A stretch of DNA of 64,000 nucleotides from Neoechinorhynchus agilis. Its lineage: Eukaryota; Animalia; Acanthocephala. The notes below the pieces were generated by a model that did no database searches, had not been told where the DNA came from, and saw only the letters and a list, made by a program, of their open reading frames with translations. Within the stretch, counting starts at the first letter, position 1; the number at the start of each line of letters is the position of its first letter. Positions 46,979-60,200 of the stretch are shown in pieces. The stretch lies in the NCBI GenBank assembly GCA_051530055.1, contig CM121342.1, forward strand, positions 2,266,797 through 2,330,796. The letters are read 5' to 3'. The position numbers and the translations under genes are program-made.

Positions 46979-48329
46979 GATCTACGAAACATTCCAGATT
47001 TTAGCTATAAAAATCATGTTATTAACAGATTAAACTAGTGTTTTAGTCGTATGATAATTGTTTAATTTTCATTTTCTCACTTAAAACTAAGAAAAAATCC
47101 ATGGGGCAGATAGAGTTGTAGATGCCAGGCGGATTCAAAATATTTCATTGAGATATTTCGAAAGAGGAAGCATAGCCACGTCCGTCATTGTAAATTGATC
47201 TGATCAATCGCGAAATATTTCTATTAAATAAAATATTTTTTATCCTGGATGATGATAACGGAATCCCTTTTTTAATTTATCTTCTATATTAATTTAAAAT
47301 TTAAATAGAAGAAAACGATGGATTCTTACAAAAGGTGAACATAGGACTCAGAATTCACTTCAAACCTTCATGATTCTGCACTTCAGAATCGGATCTTAGA
47401 TACAAAAACCGAACCTTCAAAATACTCCATCCATAGGAAAAGAAACTTTAATGAATTTCCATCAATGAGCCATGGAACCAAAGTGCCAAGCAAAATCCAC
47501 AAATCTGAATAGCAAGAAACCATTTGACCAATCAAATTTAAGAATCAACTTTTTGGAGATTACAAAGATTTCCGACATTAGATCTTTCCGATTTCTGTTC
47601 GAAAGAAAATACAATTCTTAATGTGGAATATCGTCCTTCGTATTGGGATCAGTAAACCGGATTCTCGGATTTTGTCTATTGGTTATCATTTTGGACGTAT
47701 CGGTGAATTTTTAGCGATCTTTAAGCTTTCGTTTTATGTTCTTGCGTAAAGACGACGACGGAAATAGCTCGGTTTCTCGACCATTCGTCAATTTTTAGAA
47801 TTTAGGATTCTTAGGTGCCTTCGGAGATTAAGATTCGTCATTAAACATTTTGATATTCGGTTCTTGTGACAATTGATATCTTTCTCTAAAACCTAAATTA
47901 GAGATGCGTCTTTGTAAATTGGATGAAATATCACTGAAAAATGAAGCTTATTAATGATTATTGTCTAAGAAATTTCTAAGTATCGCAGGTTGTTAATTTT
48001 TAAGGGTTTAAGTGGTCAATTTGATGCCTATCAATTTAAATTTGATCATCTTTCACCAAAATATGAACTGTGTTTTGTTTTAAGATCTTTTTGAGATTGC
48101 CTTATACTTCTTTTCAATTTTCACTAGAATTTTCGCCTGTGATTACCTTAAATCCTCAGTTTATTTTGTGAATAGAGCTTTAATCATTGTGCTTGCAGTT
48201 TAAACTCGTCATTTTATCCTTCATTAGGCAATTTCTTTGAAATACGTATAAAATTCTTGGACTCGGTAAGTTTAAAATGGTTTAGAGTGGGATCTTTGGC
48301 CACAAAAATTAAACAGCGAATAAGTTCTT

Positions 48330-49920
48330 TTGACGAAAGTTTTACTCAATGCTTTACGAGAGCATTCGAGCTACTTAGGGAGTGTGCCAGCGCCTGACCA
48401 CCGCCGAAACTCAAATCGGTCGCTGGATGGACGCGTTTCTTCGAAGCTCGCAGACGGAGATGTCAGAGTAGCAGTCCGTCTTTTATCATTAATATACAGT
48501 CTCGACAAAAGATAACAAAGAAACTTTACGAGCTCTTCGTTCCAAACGTCCCTGTGAGGGCGGTCGGTAGTATTTCGAAGTATTCTCGTCCTTCGATAGT
48601 CGACCGTCATTCTCTGGATCCGTTATCCACACCGGATCCACCATCCACTTCGGATCCAACATTCATTCCGGATCAGTCATCCACCCCGAATCAGTCATCC
48701 AAACCGGAGCCGTAATCCACTCTGGATCCAGCATTGACTCCGGATCCGTCATCCACTTCGGATCCAACATACATTCCGGGTCAATCATCTAAACCGGATC
48801 CGTAATCCACACCGGATCCGCAATCCACCCTGGATCCAACATCCACTCCGCATCTGTCATCCACCCCGGATCGGTCATCCAAACCGGATCCGTCATCCAT
48901 TCCGGATCGGTCATCCAAACCGGATCCGTCATCCACTTCGGATCCAACATACATTCCGGATCCGTAATCCACACCGGATCCGCAATCCACGCTAGATCCA
49001 ACATCCACTCCGCATCTGTCATCCACCCCGGATCCGTCATCCACTCCGAATCCGTCATCCATTCCGAATCCATCATCCAGTCTAAAATGATCACGAGGAT
49101 CCAGAGGTACATGGGTCCTCTTCTAAAACAAAATAAATAAATAAAACGTGTTGTTATCCCTTATGTTTTATCATCGAAATCGGAATTGAAGATGGCAATC
49201 TATTCTTTTGCCAACGGATCAGCTCATGAGCTTGACGGGCTGCGGCCCAAACACCAAAAAGATATGACTTCGTTTTCAGCAGATGACGCTCCTCAGTCTC
49301 TTGAAGATGCATTGGCATGCCTAGTCGATTAATTTGTAGGGTGAGAGTAGATTCCGAAAGCAATTGAGTTATTTTTCGGCACAGCTTTGTGTGCCCTCGC
49401 AAGAAAAGGAAGGTGGGATGCGTCCCATTGCAATTGGAACAAATCTAAGCCGCTTAACGGCAAAATTCTTAAATAAAAGGATCGCGGAAAATGTAGGGAT
49501 GCTGCTCCGCCGGCGCAGAGGCGATTGTTCATTAACTTCGCACGTTCATCATCGGAAACTCAAAGCCGTGCGTGATCTTGAAATGTGATTTCAAAAATGC
49601 ATTCAACACAGTTCACTGAGCAGATTTGCTTGAAGTAGTTGGAGAACACGCACCAGAAGTATTTCGCTATTTCGTTAATGCTTCGTGGGACTGCAACTCC
49701 CTTGTTGTTCAATAATCACGTTTTATGGTCAGAAAGAGTGGTGTAGGAAGGGAATCCTTTGGGCCCAGCAGCCTCCTATCTCGCAGTCAATTCCGTCGTG
49801 CACTCTCTCCAGTCCATTTTTAATGGCTGGTAACTGGACGATGCCACGATCGGAGGTAACCCCTCCGTAGTACTGCGCGATTTGGAGACACTCGTGAAGG
49901 AGACGGTGAAAATTTGCAAA
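48330..49920 (+). mobile_element. CRE-clade retrotransposon RT fragment (interrupted at ~48580-49157)
   Basis: SSKLADGDVRVAVRLLS; KEGGMRPIAIG..RLTAK; DFKNAFN; LDDATIG motifs. Confidence 0.75.
48604..49081. repeat. 18-bp minisatellite (~26 units, consensus CCGGATCCGTCATCCACT) with partial 9-unit higher-order repeat
   Basis: Direct inspection; followed by GAGGATCCA-N8-TGGGTCCTC hairpin (49095-49120) and (AAAT)n tail. Confidence 0.95.
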
Positions 49921-50489
49921 ATGTGAAATCTCAAAAGCGAAAATCATATTCGCGGGATTATTATACATTCTATTTTTGCACCATAAAATTCGCTCGGACG
50001 CAAGGATAGCTTTGATCCTGAAAACTTTTTGCTTTCGTTTTATTTACGTTTTTTCGCAGTTATGCCAAGAGATTAAATCCCTTTGAAACTAACATCTCAC
50101 TTAAAATCAAGAAAAATACTTGGGGCAGATAGAGTTGTAGATCCCAGACGGATTCAAAATATTTCATTGAGATATTTCGAAAGAGGAAGCATAGCTACGT
50201 CAATCATTATAAATTAATCTGATCAATCGCGAAATATTTCTATTAAATAAAATATTTTTTATCATGGACGATAACGGCAACTCCTTTTTAACTTATGTTC
50301 TATATTAATATAAAATTTCAGAGGCCGATTCGTATCCAAACGACCAATGCAACTTCGTTCGTATAATTAATATCTAAGCGAGGATCCTACTAAAATGCAA
50401 TTGTTGAGACATTTGCAATTTTTTATGGAAAATAATTAACAATCAGCACAAATCTGCCAAAAAAATAAAAAATTATTTTAATTGAGAAG

Positions 50490-51740
50490 GCATGAAATCA
50501 CTTACACCGCCGCTCTGAATCAGCTGCCGTCCTGGTGTAACGGCCGAAAGGACGGATGTAGTGTTCCTTTGCAATGCACAGTCAGACTTATGTTTTGTAG
50601 GAGGAATGCTCCTGATCTCGGATCGCCAGTGATTCGCCACAGTCTCTTGGACGCCATATTCATCACTAAAACCTCGCATTTCGCAGCATTTAATTCAATG
50701 CAAATTTCCACCGTCTCTTTCACGAGTGTCTCCAAATCGCGCAGTACTACGGAGGGGTTAGCTCCGATCGTGGCATCGTCAAGTTACCAGCCATTAAAAA
50801 TGGACTGGAGAGAGTGCGCGAAGGAATTGACTGCGAGATAGAAGGCTATTGGGCCCAGATGGTACTCTTGTTGAACTCCTCTTTCTGACCATAAAACGTG
50901 ATTATTGAACAACAAGGGAGTTGCAGTCCAATGAAGCATTAACGAAATAGCGAAATGCTTCTGGTGCGTGTTCTCCAACTACTTCAAGCAAATCTGCTCG
51001 GTGAACTGAGTTGAATGCATTTCTGAAATCACATTTCAAGATCACGCACGGCTTTGAGTTTCCGGCGATGAACGTGCGAAGTTAATGAACAATCGCCTCT
51101 GCGCCACAAGGTCTACAGCAGCCTAACTGAGTATAGCGGAGCAGCATCCCTACATTTTCCGCGATCCTTTTATTTAAGAATTTTGCCGTTAAGCGGCTTA
51201 GAGTTGTTCCAATTGCAATGGGACACATCCCACCTTCCTTTTCTTGCGAGGGCACACAAAGCTGTGCCGAAAAATAACTCAATTGCTTTCGGAATCTACT
51301 CTCACCCTACAAATTAATCGACTAGGCATGCCAATGCACCTTCAAGAGACTGAGAAGCGTCATCTGCTGAAAACGAAGTCATATCTTTTTGGTGTTTTTG
51401 CCGCAGCCCGTCAAGTTCGTGAGCTGATCCGTTGGCAAAAGAATAGATCGCCATCTTCAATTCCGATTTCGATGATAAAACATAAGGGTTTGAAATACAA
51501 GTGACCGCCGTCACAGGGAAGTTTGGAACGAAGAGCTCGTAAAGTTTCTTTGTTATCTTTTGGCGAGACTGTATATTAATGATAAAAGACGGACTGCTAC
51601 TCTGACATCTCCGTCTGCGAGCTTCGAAGAAACGCGTCCATCCAGCGACCGATTTGAGTTTCGGCGGTAGTCAGGCGCTGGCACACTCCCTAAGTAGCTC
51701 GAATGCTCTCGTAAAGCATTGAGTAAAACTTTCGTCAAAA
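50490..51740 (-). mobile_element. CRE-clade retrotransposon, internally deleted (RT joined to REL C-terminus and 3' end)
   Basis: EGGMCPIAIGTTLSRLTAK..QLGCCRPCGAEAIVH; LNAAKCEVL joined to KRLWRITGDPRSGAFLLQNISL, nearly identical to 16303-16785. Confidence 0.75.
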
Positions 51741-53090
51741 GAACTTATTCGCTGTTTAATTTTTGTGGCCAGAGATCCCACTCTAAACCATTTTAAACTT
51801 ACCGAGTCCAAGAATTTTATATGTATTTCAAAGAAATTGCCTAATGAAGGATAAAATGACGAGTTTAAACTGCACGCACAATGATTAAAGCTCTATTCAC
51901 AAAATAAACTGAGGATTTAAGGTAATCACAGGCGAAAATTCTAGTGAAAATTTAAAAGAAGTATAAGGCAATCACAAAAAGATCTTAAAACAAAACACAG
52001 TTCATATTTTGATGAAAGATGATCAAATTTAAATTGATAGGTATCAAATTGACCACTTAAACCCTTAAAAATTAACAACCTGCGATACTTAGAAATTTCT
52101 TAGACAATAATCATTAATAAGCTTCATTTTTCAGTGATATTTCATCCAATTTACAAAGACGCATCTCTAATTTAGGTTTTAGAGAAAGATATCAATTGTC
52201 ACAAGAACCGAATATCAAAATGTTTAATGACGAATCTTAATCTCCGAAGGCACCTAAGAATCCTAAATTCTAAAAATTGACGAATGGTCGAAAAACCGAG
52301 CTATTTCCGTCGTCGTCTTTACGCAAGAACATAAAACGAAAGCTTAAAGATCGTTAAAAATTCACCGATACGTACAAAATGATAACCAATAGACAAAATC
52401 CGAGAATCCGGTTTACTGATCCCAATCCGAAGGACCATATTCCACATTAAGAATTGTATTTTCTTTCGAACAGAAATCGGAAAGATCTAATGTCGGAAAT
52501 CTTTGTAATCTCCAAAAAGTTGATTCTTAAATTTGATTGGTCAAATGGTTTCTTGTTATTCAGATTTGTGGATTTTGCTTGGCACTTTGGTTCCATGGCT
52601 CATTGATGGAAATTCATTAAAGTTTCTTTTCCTATGGATGGAGTATTTTGAAGGTTCGGTTTTTGTATCTAAGATCCGATTCTGAAGTGCAGAATCATGA
52701 AGGTTTGAAGTGAATTCTGAGTCCTATGTTCACCTTTTGTAAGAATCCATCGTTTTCTTCTATTTAAATTTTAAATTAATATAGAAGATAAATTAAAAAA
52801 GGGATTCCGTTATCATCATCCAGGATAAAAAATATTTTATTTAATAGAAATATTTCGCGATTGATCAGATCAATTTACAATGACGGACGTGGCTATGCTT
52901 CCTCTTTCGAAATATCTCAATGAAATATTTTGAATCCGCCTGGCATCTACAACTCTATCTGCCCCAAGGATTTTTTCTTGATTTTAAGTGAGAAAATGCA
53001 CAATTAAACAATTATCATACGACTAAAACACTAGTTTAATCTGTTAATAACATGATTTTTATAGCTAAAATCTGGAATGTTTCGTAGATC

Positions 53091-53639
53091 CTAAATTTTA
53101 CGATTTACGACATTTTTGAACCGGTCAAACATCATCATCATAAACTGAAATCCCATGCGATCCATTTTGGCAAGGCACTCAATGTATGGATCGAAGCATT
53201 TGGCTATTTCGAGAACATGTTTATCCGGTAGATGCTTTGGCGGCTTTCCTATTTTCGTATATTTTTCGTATAGTTTATCCCTTGTTTTTAGAAGCTTAAT
53301 GATTGTCTCCATCCTGATATCGTTGCAATAACATCCTTCGTTTAACTTTATCAGATTAAGAAGGTTTCCAAAAATCCCATTGAAATATCGGAGCACATCA
53401 TCGCGAACTGGAACGTCCTCTACAGCCGTCGTATTTATTACACTTTGAAGGTACGAGGACGGATCTGTTGGCATTGTAGTCTTAGAATTTGCCCCTGGGG
53501 CTTCCTGGTTCGAATGCTTTTTTAAGTATTCCATTTTCAGTTCCGTTTTCAAAGCATTTTGGTTTGAGGCTCGACCACAAGTGACTGAGAATGCATAGAG
53601 CAGAAAAGAAAGGAGCACGGTGAAGATAAAATGATACAT
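53091..53639 (-). CDS. Secreted orphan protein, copy B (182 aa from ATG, intronless, signal peptide, 4 Cys in mature part)
   Basis: Intact ORF MYHFIFTVLLSFLLYAFSVTCG-RASNQ..; hydrophobic N-terminus; GCYC and CFDPYIEC. Confidence 0.8.
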   Translation of the reverse strand: MYHFIFTVLLSFLLYAFSVTCGRASNQNALKTELKMEYLKKHSNQEAPGANSKTTMPTDPSSYLQSVINTTAVEDVPVRDDVLRYFNGIFGNLLNLIKLNEGCYCNDIRMETIIKLLKTRDKLYEKYTKIGKPPKHLPDKHVLEIAKCFDPYIECLAKMDRMGFQFMMMMFDRFKNVVNRKI

Positions 53640-54349
53640 CAATAAATTCCTTGGTATAATGTTTTCTAGTATATAATTTGGAGATGTTAAATAGTTCGAA
53701 GATTGTGTACTAGCAACTAAAAGATATATTGACTATAAACAAACTTAGTTTCCTATGGCAAATATAATTTTGTAAACATCGAGTGAACGAAAATACACTG
53801 TGAATAAATAAAATGTGGACCTAATTTGTTTAACAAAAATATTCGAATGAGGCATTTTGATTTTTAGAGCATAGTTTAAACTTTATCAATATTTTTAAAA
53901 ATACTCGAAGAGAATTTATCCAAAAAAATTCTTGTGACACAAAAACAGTTGATAATATTCTCTAATATTCATTTTACGGGCATTTGTTCAAACCCAGATA
54001 TCTTAGTTTCAAAGGGATTTGATATCTCTTAGCATAATATCGAAAAAGCGTAAATAAAACGAAAGTAAAAAGTTTTCAAGATCAAAGCTATCTTTGCGCC
54101 CGAGCGGATTTTATGGTCCAAAAAAAGAATGCATAATAATCCCGCTAATATGATTTTCACTTTTGAGATTTCACATTTTGTTTATTAACAGTGTATTTTC
54201 GTTCACTCGATGTTTACAGAATTATATTTGCCATAGGAAACTAAGTTTGTTTATAGTCAATATATCTTTTAGTTGCTAGTACACAATCTTCGAACTATTT
54301 AACATCTCCAAATTATATACTAGAAAACATTATACCAAGGAATTTATTG

Positions 54350-54898
54350 ATGTATCATTTTATCTTCACCGTGCTCCTTTCTTTTCTGCTCTATGCATTC
54401 TCAGTCACTTGTGGTCGAGCCTCAAACCAAAATGCTTTGAAAACGGAACTGAAAATGGAATACTTAAAAAAGCATTCGAACCAGGAAGCCCCAGGGGCAA
54501 ATTCTAAAACTACAATGGCAACAGATCCGTCCTCGTACCTTCAAAGTGTAATAAATACGACGGCTGTAGAGGACGTTCCAGTTCGCGATGATGTGCTCCG
54601 ATATTTCAATGGGATTTTTGGAAACCTTCTTAATCTGATAAAGTTAAACGAAGGATGTTATTGCAACGATATCAGGATGGAGACAATCATTAAGCTTCTA
54701 AAAACTAGGGATAAACTATACGAAAAATATACGAAAATAGGAAAGCCGCCAAAGCATCTACCGGATAAACATGTTCTCGAAATAGCCAAATGCTTCGATC
54801 CATACATTGAGTGCCTTTCCAAAATGGATCGCATGGGATTTCAGTTTATGATGATGATGTTTGACCGGTTCAAAAATGTCGTAAATCGTAAAATTTAG
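54350..54898 (+). CDS. Secreted orphan protein, copy C (182 aa; differs from B by P>A and A>S)
   Basis: Intact ORF; head-to-head with copy B; upstream TATATA-like box conserved in all copies. Confidence 0.8.
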   Translation: MYHFIFTVLLSFLLYAFSVTCGRASNQNALKTELKMEYLKKHSNQEAPGANSKTTMATDPSSYLQSVINTTAVEDVPVRDDVLRYFNGIFGNLLNLIKLNEGCYCNDIRMETIIKLLKTRDKLYEKYTKIGKPPKHLPDKHVLEIAKCFDPYIECLSKMDRMGFQFMMMMFDRFKNVVNRKI

Positions 54899-56869
54899 GA
54901 TTTACGAAACATTCCAGATTTTAGCTATAAAAATCATGTTATTAACAGATTAAACTAGTGCTTTAGTCGTATGATAATTGTTTAATTGTGCATTTTCTCA
55001 CTTAAAACTAAGAAAAAATCCCTGGGGCAGATAGAGTTACAGATGTTGTTATCATAATCACCCCCTCGGCGGTCTGAAAATATTTTATTGAGATATTTCG
55101 AAAGAGGAAGCATAGCTGCGTCAATCATTGTAAATTAATCTGATCAATCGCGAAATATTTCTATTAAATAAAATATTTTTTATCCTGGATGATAACGGCA
55201 TCTCCTTTTTAACTTATCTCCTATATTAATTTAAAATTTCAGAGGCCGATTCGTATCCAAACGACCAATACAACTTCGTTCGTATAATTAATATCTGCGA
55301 TTTGAAAGAAACACATATACTTCTCTCTGATGAAAATGTCTTAAATGTTGGCACGTTTATACATAGACGACAATTCTCAGAATCGATTTTTTTATATAAA
55401 GATTATATACTGTATTTTATAAAGATGGTTAACAAATGAGTCTGAATCCGGGCAAAAGAACCAGACCGCTCAGAATTGCAGCAAAAATTGACTAAAATTT
55501 TGTTTAGAAAACTATGACCTTTTTCGATTGTTTAAAATGGCATATTTAATTTCGCTGCGAAGCGACGATCCTACTAAAATGTAATTATTGAGACATTTGC
55601 AATTTTTCATGGAAAATATGTAACAATCAGAATAAATCTGCAAAAATAGTAAAAAAAATTGTATAAAAATCTTTATTTTCGCAGGAAAATCTTTAAAACG
55701 AATTCCTTACTGCATTCTCGTACTTTACAAAGAAATAACTTCTGATGTTCAATTGCGAAATTTTTTGTGACATTTCTGGAAAAAGGAAAATTGGCAACAA
55801 ATAAAGGAAATTACTAAGTCTTACGAATGCAATTTACCTGTACTTACAAAAATACTTGAAATCTGAGGTCTATCACTGAAAAATTGTAAGACGATCAACT
55901 GCCTTCAAGAACGACTTTACGTAAACAAAACCCCAAGAGAGAATAAAAACAAGGATTAAACTATAAAGTAAAATTATTTGATCGAAGTATTCGCGGCAAA
56001 ATCTAGATTTTCCATTAGATGGAGTTTCTTAAACGAGGATAATATTCAAGATATGATTCAAAAATATCATTAAGAGGGGAATCCAAGTGTTTTCAAATCT
56101 TAAATAATTGCAGTACCATGTTAAAACATGGGAAAATATGGCAAATGTTCTCAAGTAGACATACGCCTTTCATAGCAAATATTTTGGAAAATAGAATGAA
56201 GTGAAATTAGTTTCCCACCGCTAATGGCAGCGAATTCTGCAAAATAAGAGAACACAATGTACAAAAATTGCAAGCGAAGTTCTTTTAAAAGTAATTTATA
56301 TAGAAATATTTTTTAAACATGTATGGTTTTCTTATGCTCGAAAGATAGGTTTCAACGACTCGAACATAAATCACATTACCGATCGTTTTATTTTGTACCA
56401 AAGCACAATCGCAACTTTCATAAATTTTATTAAAGGCAAGCTAATTAATTACTTGTTAAATGACTTTAGCCAATAGGATCAAACTTTACGGGAATGGTAA
56501 TGTTGAGGAAGCCTCAATGTAGAAAAAAATGGAATTCGCTATTATTTTAAATCTTGTTTATTTGGCAATTCAAAAAATTTTTAAAATTATGAAAAGTTCC
56601 TCCTATCATCGTCTATTTCATTGTTGTGAATAAAATCGAGGCAGTTGTAAAGTAAAATATAAATGGCATAACCAGAAATCGCTGGCTCCAATTTCTTAGA
56701 AAAATGTGGTAAATTATAATATAAATTTCGCGTAAACCAATTCAATTAATAAACGCATTCTTGAGGTTGTGGTATGGATTAAGTGCCAAAGAACTCGGAA
56801 GTTAAGAATTACCTAAGAATCCATTCTGAAAGCTGAATTTAAAATCACTGTAACGTTAATTCATTTTAA

Positions 56870-57185
56870 CTCTAAACCATTTTAAACTTACCGAGTCCAA
56901 GAATTTTATATGTATTTCAAAGAAATTGCCTAATGAAGGATAAAATGACGAGTTTAAACTGCAAGCACAATGATTAAAGCTCTATTCACAAAATAAACTG
57001 AGGATTTAAGGTAATCACAGGCGAAAATTCTAGTGAAAATTTAAAAGAAGTATAAGGCAATCTCAAAAAGATCTTAAAACAAAACACAGTTCATATTTTG
57101 ATGAAAGATGATCAAATTTAAATTGATAGGTATCAAATTGACCACTTAAACCCTTAAAAATTAACAACCTGCGATACTTAGAAAT
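56870..57185. repeat. Further partial copy of the amplicon spacer (matches 51780-52095)
   Basis: CTCTAAACCATTTTAAACTTACCGAGTCC..CCTGCGATACTTAGAAAT near-identical; ends just before the Gypsy element. Confidence 0.85.
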
Positions 57186-57200
57186 CTCCAAGAGTATCGT

Positions 57201-60200
57201 TGTGATGTCATAGGGTGTTAGTTAGTCTTCCGTGCTTTGCTGAATTATTTAAACATGTTTTGAGGCGATGGTAGATTACTAATTGGTGACTCCGACGATG
57301 TTGACCGTAGTTCAGCACCTGAAACAACTCGATAAAGCCACGTAAATGCTGTTTTGCCCAAACTTCCTCAGGTTTGGACACGAAAACCGCGAATTTGGTT
57401 TGTCCAAGCTGATGCTCAATTTGCTTTACGGAGCATAACACCGGACGAAACAAAGTATTATTATGTTACAGCATCACTCGGTCAAGACAGCTGTAAGAAT
57501 TATCGATATTCTCGAAGCGCCACCAAAGTCTGATAAGTACTCCCAACTCAAACAGCGACTGCTAAAAGCCTACAGTTTATCTGAGAACGAAAGGGCTAAT
57601 CGGATCCTACACATAAAGGAACTTACAGGCGAAAAGCCTTCGGAATTAATGAATCAGATGCTAGCGTACCTCGAAAGCAACCCACCATGTTTCTCATTCC
57701 GGGAAATATCTTCGGAACCCACGCCCGAGGAGATCCGATCTATTCTTGTTCATTCAAAAATAACCGAACTTCGTGAGCTTGCACGCGCTGCCGACAACAT
57801 TTGGCAAACAAGGCAACTTTTAGCGTCCTCAATTAAGAAAAAGATTGCGACCAAGCAAATCCCAGTAACAGTATCAGATTTATGTTATTTCCATCGTAAG
57901 TTTGGTGACATAGCCAGGAAATGTCGATCACTCTGTAAACGGTCCCAGGAGTTCAATTGGAAGGCGAATCCAAAAAACGCGTTGACCAATCATCCGTAGA
58001 GGCGATGGTGATCGGTCCCTCTATCAACAACCTGTTCTTTATCAACGAATGTTTATCCGGGCGACGTTTCCTAATTGATACCGGTACCGAAGTCAACGCC
58101 CTTCCGGCTTCATCGCGCGATAAGAGAACCGGACACTGACGTGTATAGTTTTTATACGTTATCCGAATCTCTCAAAGACCTGTTAGAAATAACGGATGCA
58201 TACGAGAGTCCGAAAGAGGCATTAAAGATCATGCCGAAGATAAAAAGGAAAGATCAATCAGACCCAGAAGTGTTGAAGGTTAGTACTTGGAGGCACAAAG
58301 GGCGGCAGATGGAGAGGAGCAACAGCGACGAACAAGGCAAGTCTGCGACAATATTCATCAAGGCCTGTCTACACTGTGACCGAAAGCACAATGATGTTTC
58401 GAGGTGCCGAGCCAAGACAATGATGTGCTACAAATGCAACAGAGTTGGTCATTTGTCACGTTGCTGTAAGACCTTTCGAATGGTTCAACAGATAATTGGA
58501 CAGGATTCGAGCGACGATGAAGCGATTGTGCGATGCATTAGAACCGTAAAGAGAAAAAAAAGCGGAAATTCGCGTGAAAATCAACGGGATCCTGATCTCT
58601 ATGGAATTCGATACAGGAGCTGCTGAGTCCATCATTACCCGAAATATATGGGCGAAGCTGGGAAAGCCAAAATTAGGAGAAGCTCCTTCAATCAGAGCGT
58701 TTGGTGGCACAAAGATTGATACTCTTGGGTCATGCAATGTGCAGGTGACGCTAGCTAATCGAACGGAAACGCTCAACGTCATTGTGATCTCGGGCGTAGA
58801 AAGGCCAATCTTCGGATTACTTTGGATGCTCAAATTCGATTTAACGATTCCTGCAGCACGGATTGTTGATGTCCACAAAATACGAGAAACGAACGAAACG
58901 GAGGATCTATCCGATGCGAAGAAAATCGAGGCTTTGATGAGGAACGAATTCGAGACGGTATTCGATGGAGAACCGGGGGCAGTAACAAATTTCGAAGTAA
59001 GCCTGTCGGCCATTAAGAACAAGAAGGTACGATGTGGAAGGCTAGAAGGGTGCCTTTCGCTCTCTATGAACCTCTAGAGAGAGTCGGAGCGATTGGTCTC
59101 GAATGGTATTCTAATCTCAGTGGACGTGACAAAGCAGGATCTCAAGTGGGCGACGCCCATCGTAGTCGTACGAAAACCGAACGGGAAAGTAAGGGTCTGC
59201 GGAGACTTTAGAGTCACGCTGAACAAATTTATGAAAGTAGATTCCTTACAAATACCCGCATTTGAGGAGGTGACCCAGAAGTTAGTCAAATCTAAATTCT
59301 ATAGCACAATCGACCTCCGAGACGCATATCTCCAACTACCGATGGACAGTGAATCTAGTAAGATGCTCACGGTCGCAACCCCGATGGAGCACTTTAGATA
59401 TACTCGATTGCCTCTGGGGATCTCCGCTGCACCTGCAATCTTCCAGAAATACATAAATGGCTTATTGCAAGATATCACAAATGCGGCTGCATATTTGGAT
59501 GATATTTTGGTTGCAACCGAAACGGCAGACGAACATTTAAAATGCTTTAGGAGCGTTTTCCATCGTTTATGTGTCGCAGGATTGAAGGTACATGGAGATA
59601 AATGCGTCTTCATGAGCCGGAAGATCCGGCATTTGGGGCATATGATTTCTGAAGACCAGATTATTCCTTTGGACGAAAAAACCTGAGCACTAACATGCGC
59701 TTCGCCTCAAAATAATCCAAGGGAACTAAGGGCGTACTTGGGATTGGCCAATTTTCTCGCTCGATATTACCCGAACTTCCAACAATATTGCGCTCCTCTG
59801 CACGAACTTACGAGAACGAGTGTCGAATAAAAATGGACCGCAATCGAAGAAGATGCGTTCAGGTGTCTACAAAAACAATTACGAAAACCCAGGGGATTGA
59901 CACCGTTCGATCGAGCAAAAGAAATAGCTTTAACATATGATGACAGTGAAGTTGGTCTCGGAGCAGTCTTGATGCATAGAACCGAAGCAGGCGAATTCCT
60001 TCCGATCTCATTCGCTTCGCGTGTACTCACCAAAGCTGAGAAAAATTACTTCCAGATTGAGAAGGAAGCCCTGGCTCTTGTTTACGGTGTCACAAAGTTT
60101 CACGACTATCTGTATGGAATGACGTTCACACTCTTCTCAGATCACAAACCCTTGAAGTTCATCTTCGGCCGGGATCGAGTGTTGTCGAAAGTAGTAAACT

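Larger units (their letters stand above)
45950..54170. repeat. ~8.2-kb interrupted palindrome (arms ~45950-49920 and ~50690-54170)
   Basis: Gene copy, downstream spacer and CRE RT all recur in reverse complement (ORF 49154-49402 minus = 51244-51504 plus; 48330-48515 plus = 51553-51738 minus); left arm has an extra ~580-bp insert. Confidence 0.9.

Noticed and set aside
48604-49081. CRISPR-like array
   Set aside because: Contiguous tandem units with no unique spacers; eukaryotic context; no cas genes.
48781-49112. Hexapeptide-repeat ORFs (DDGSGV / MTDPEW) as a real repeat protein
   Set aside because: By-products of an 18-bp (3n) minisatellite open in several frames; the array is tied to a LINE 3' end and absent from the other palindrome arm.
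57201-57258. Resemblance between the host Gypsy 5' LTR and the 61356-61429 LTR (TGTGA.GT, GCTTTGC, ATTT.AAACATGT)
   Set aside because: Short patchy matches; cannot be distinguished by eye from generic LTR motifs, and the TSD and frame restoration favour simple nesting.
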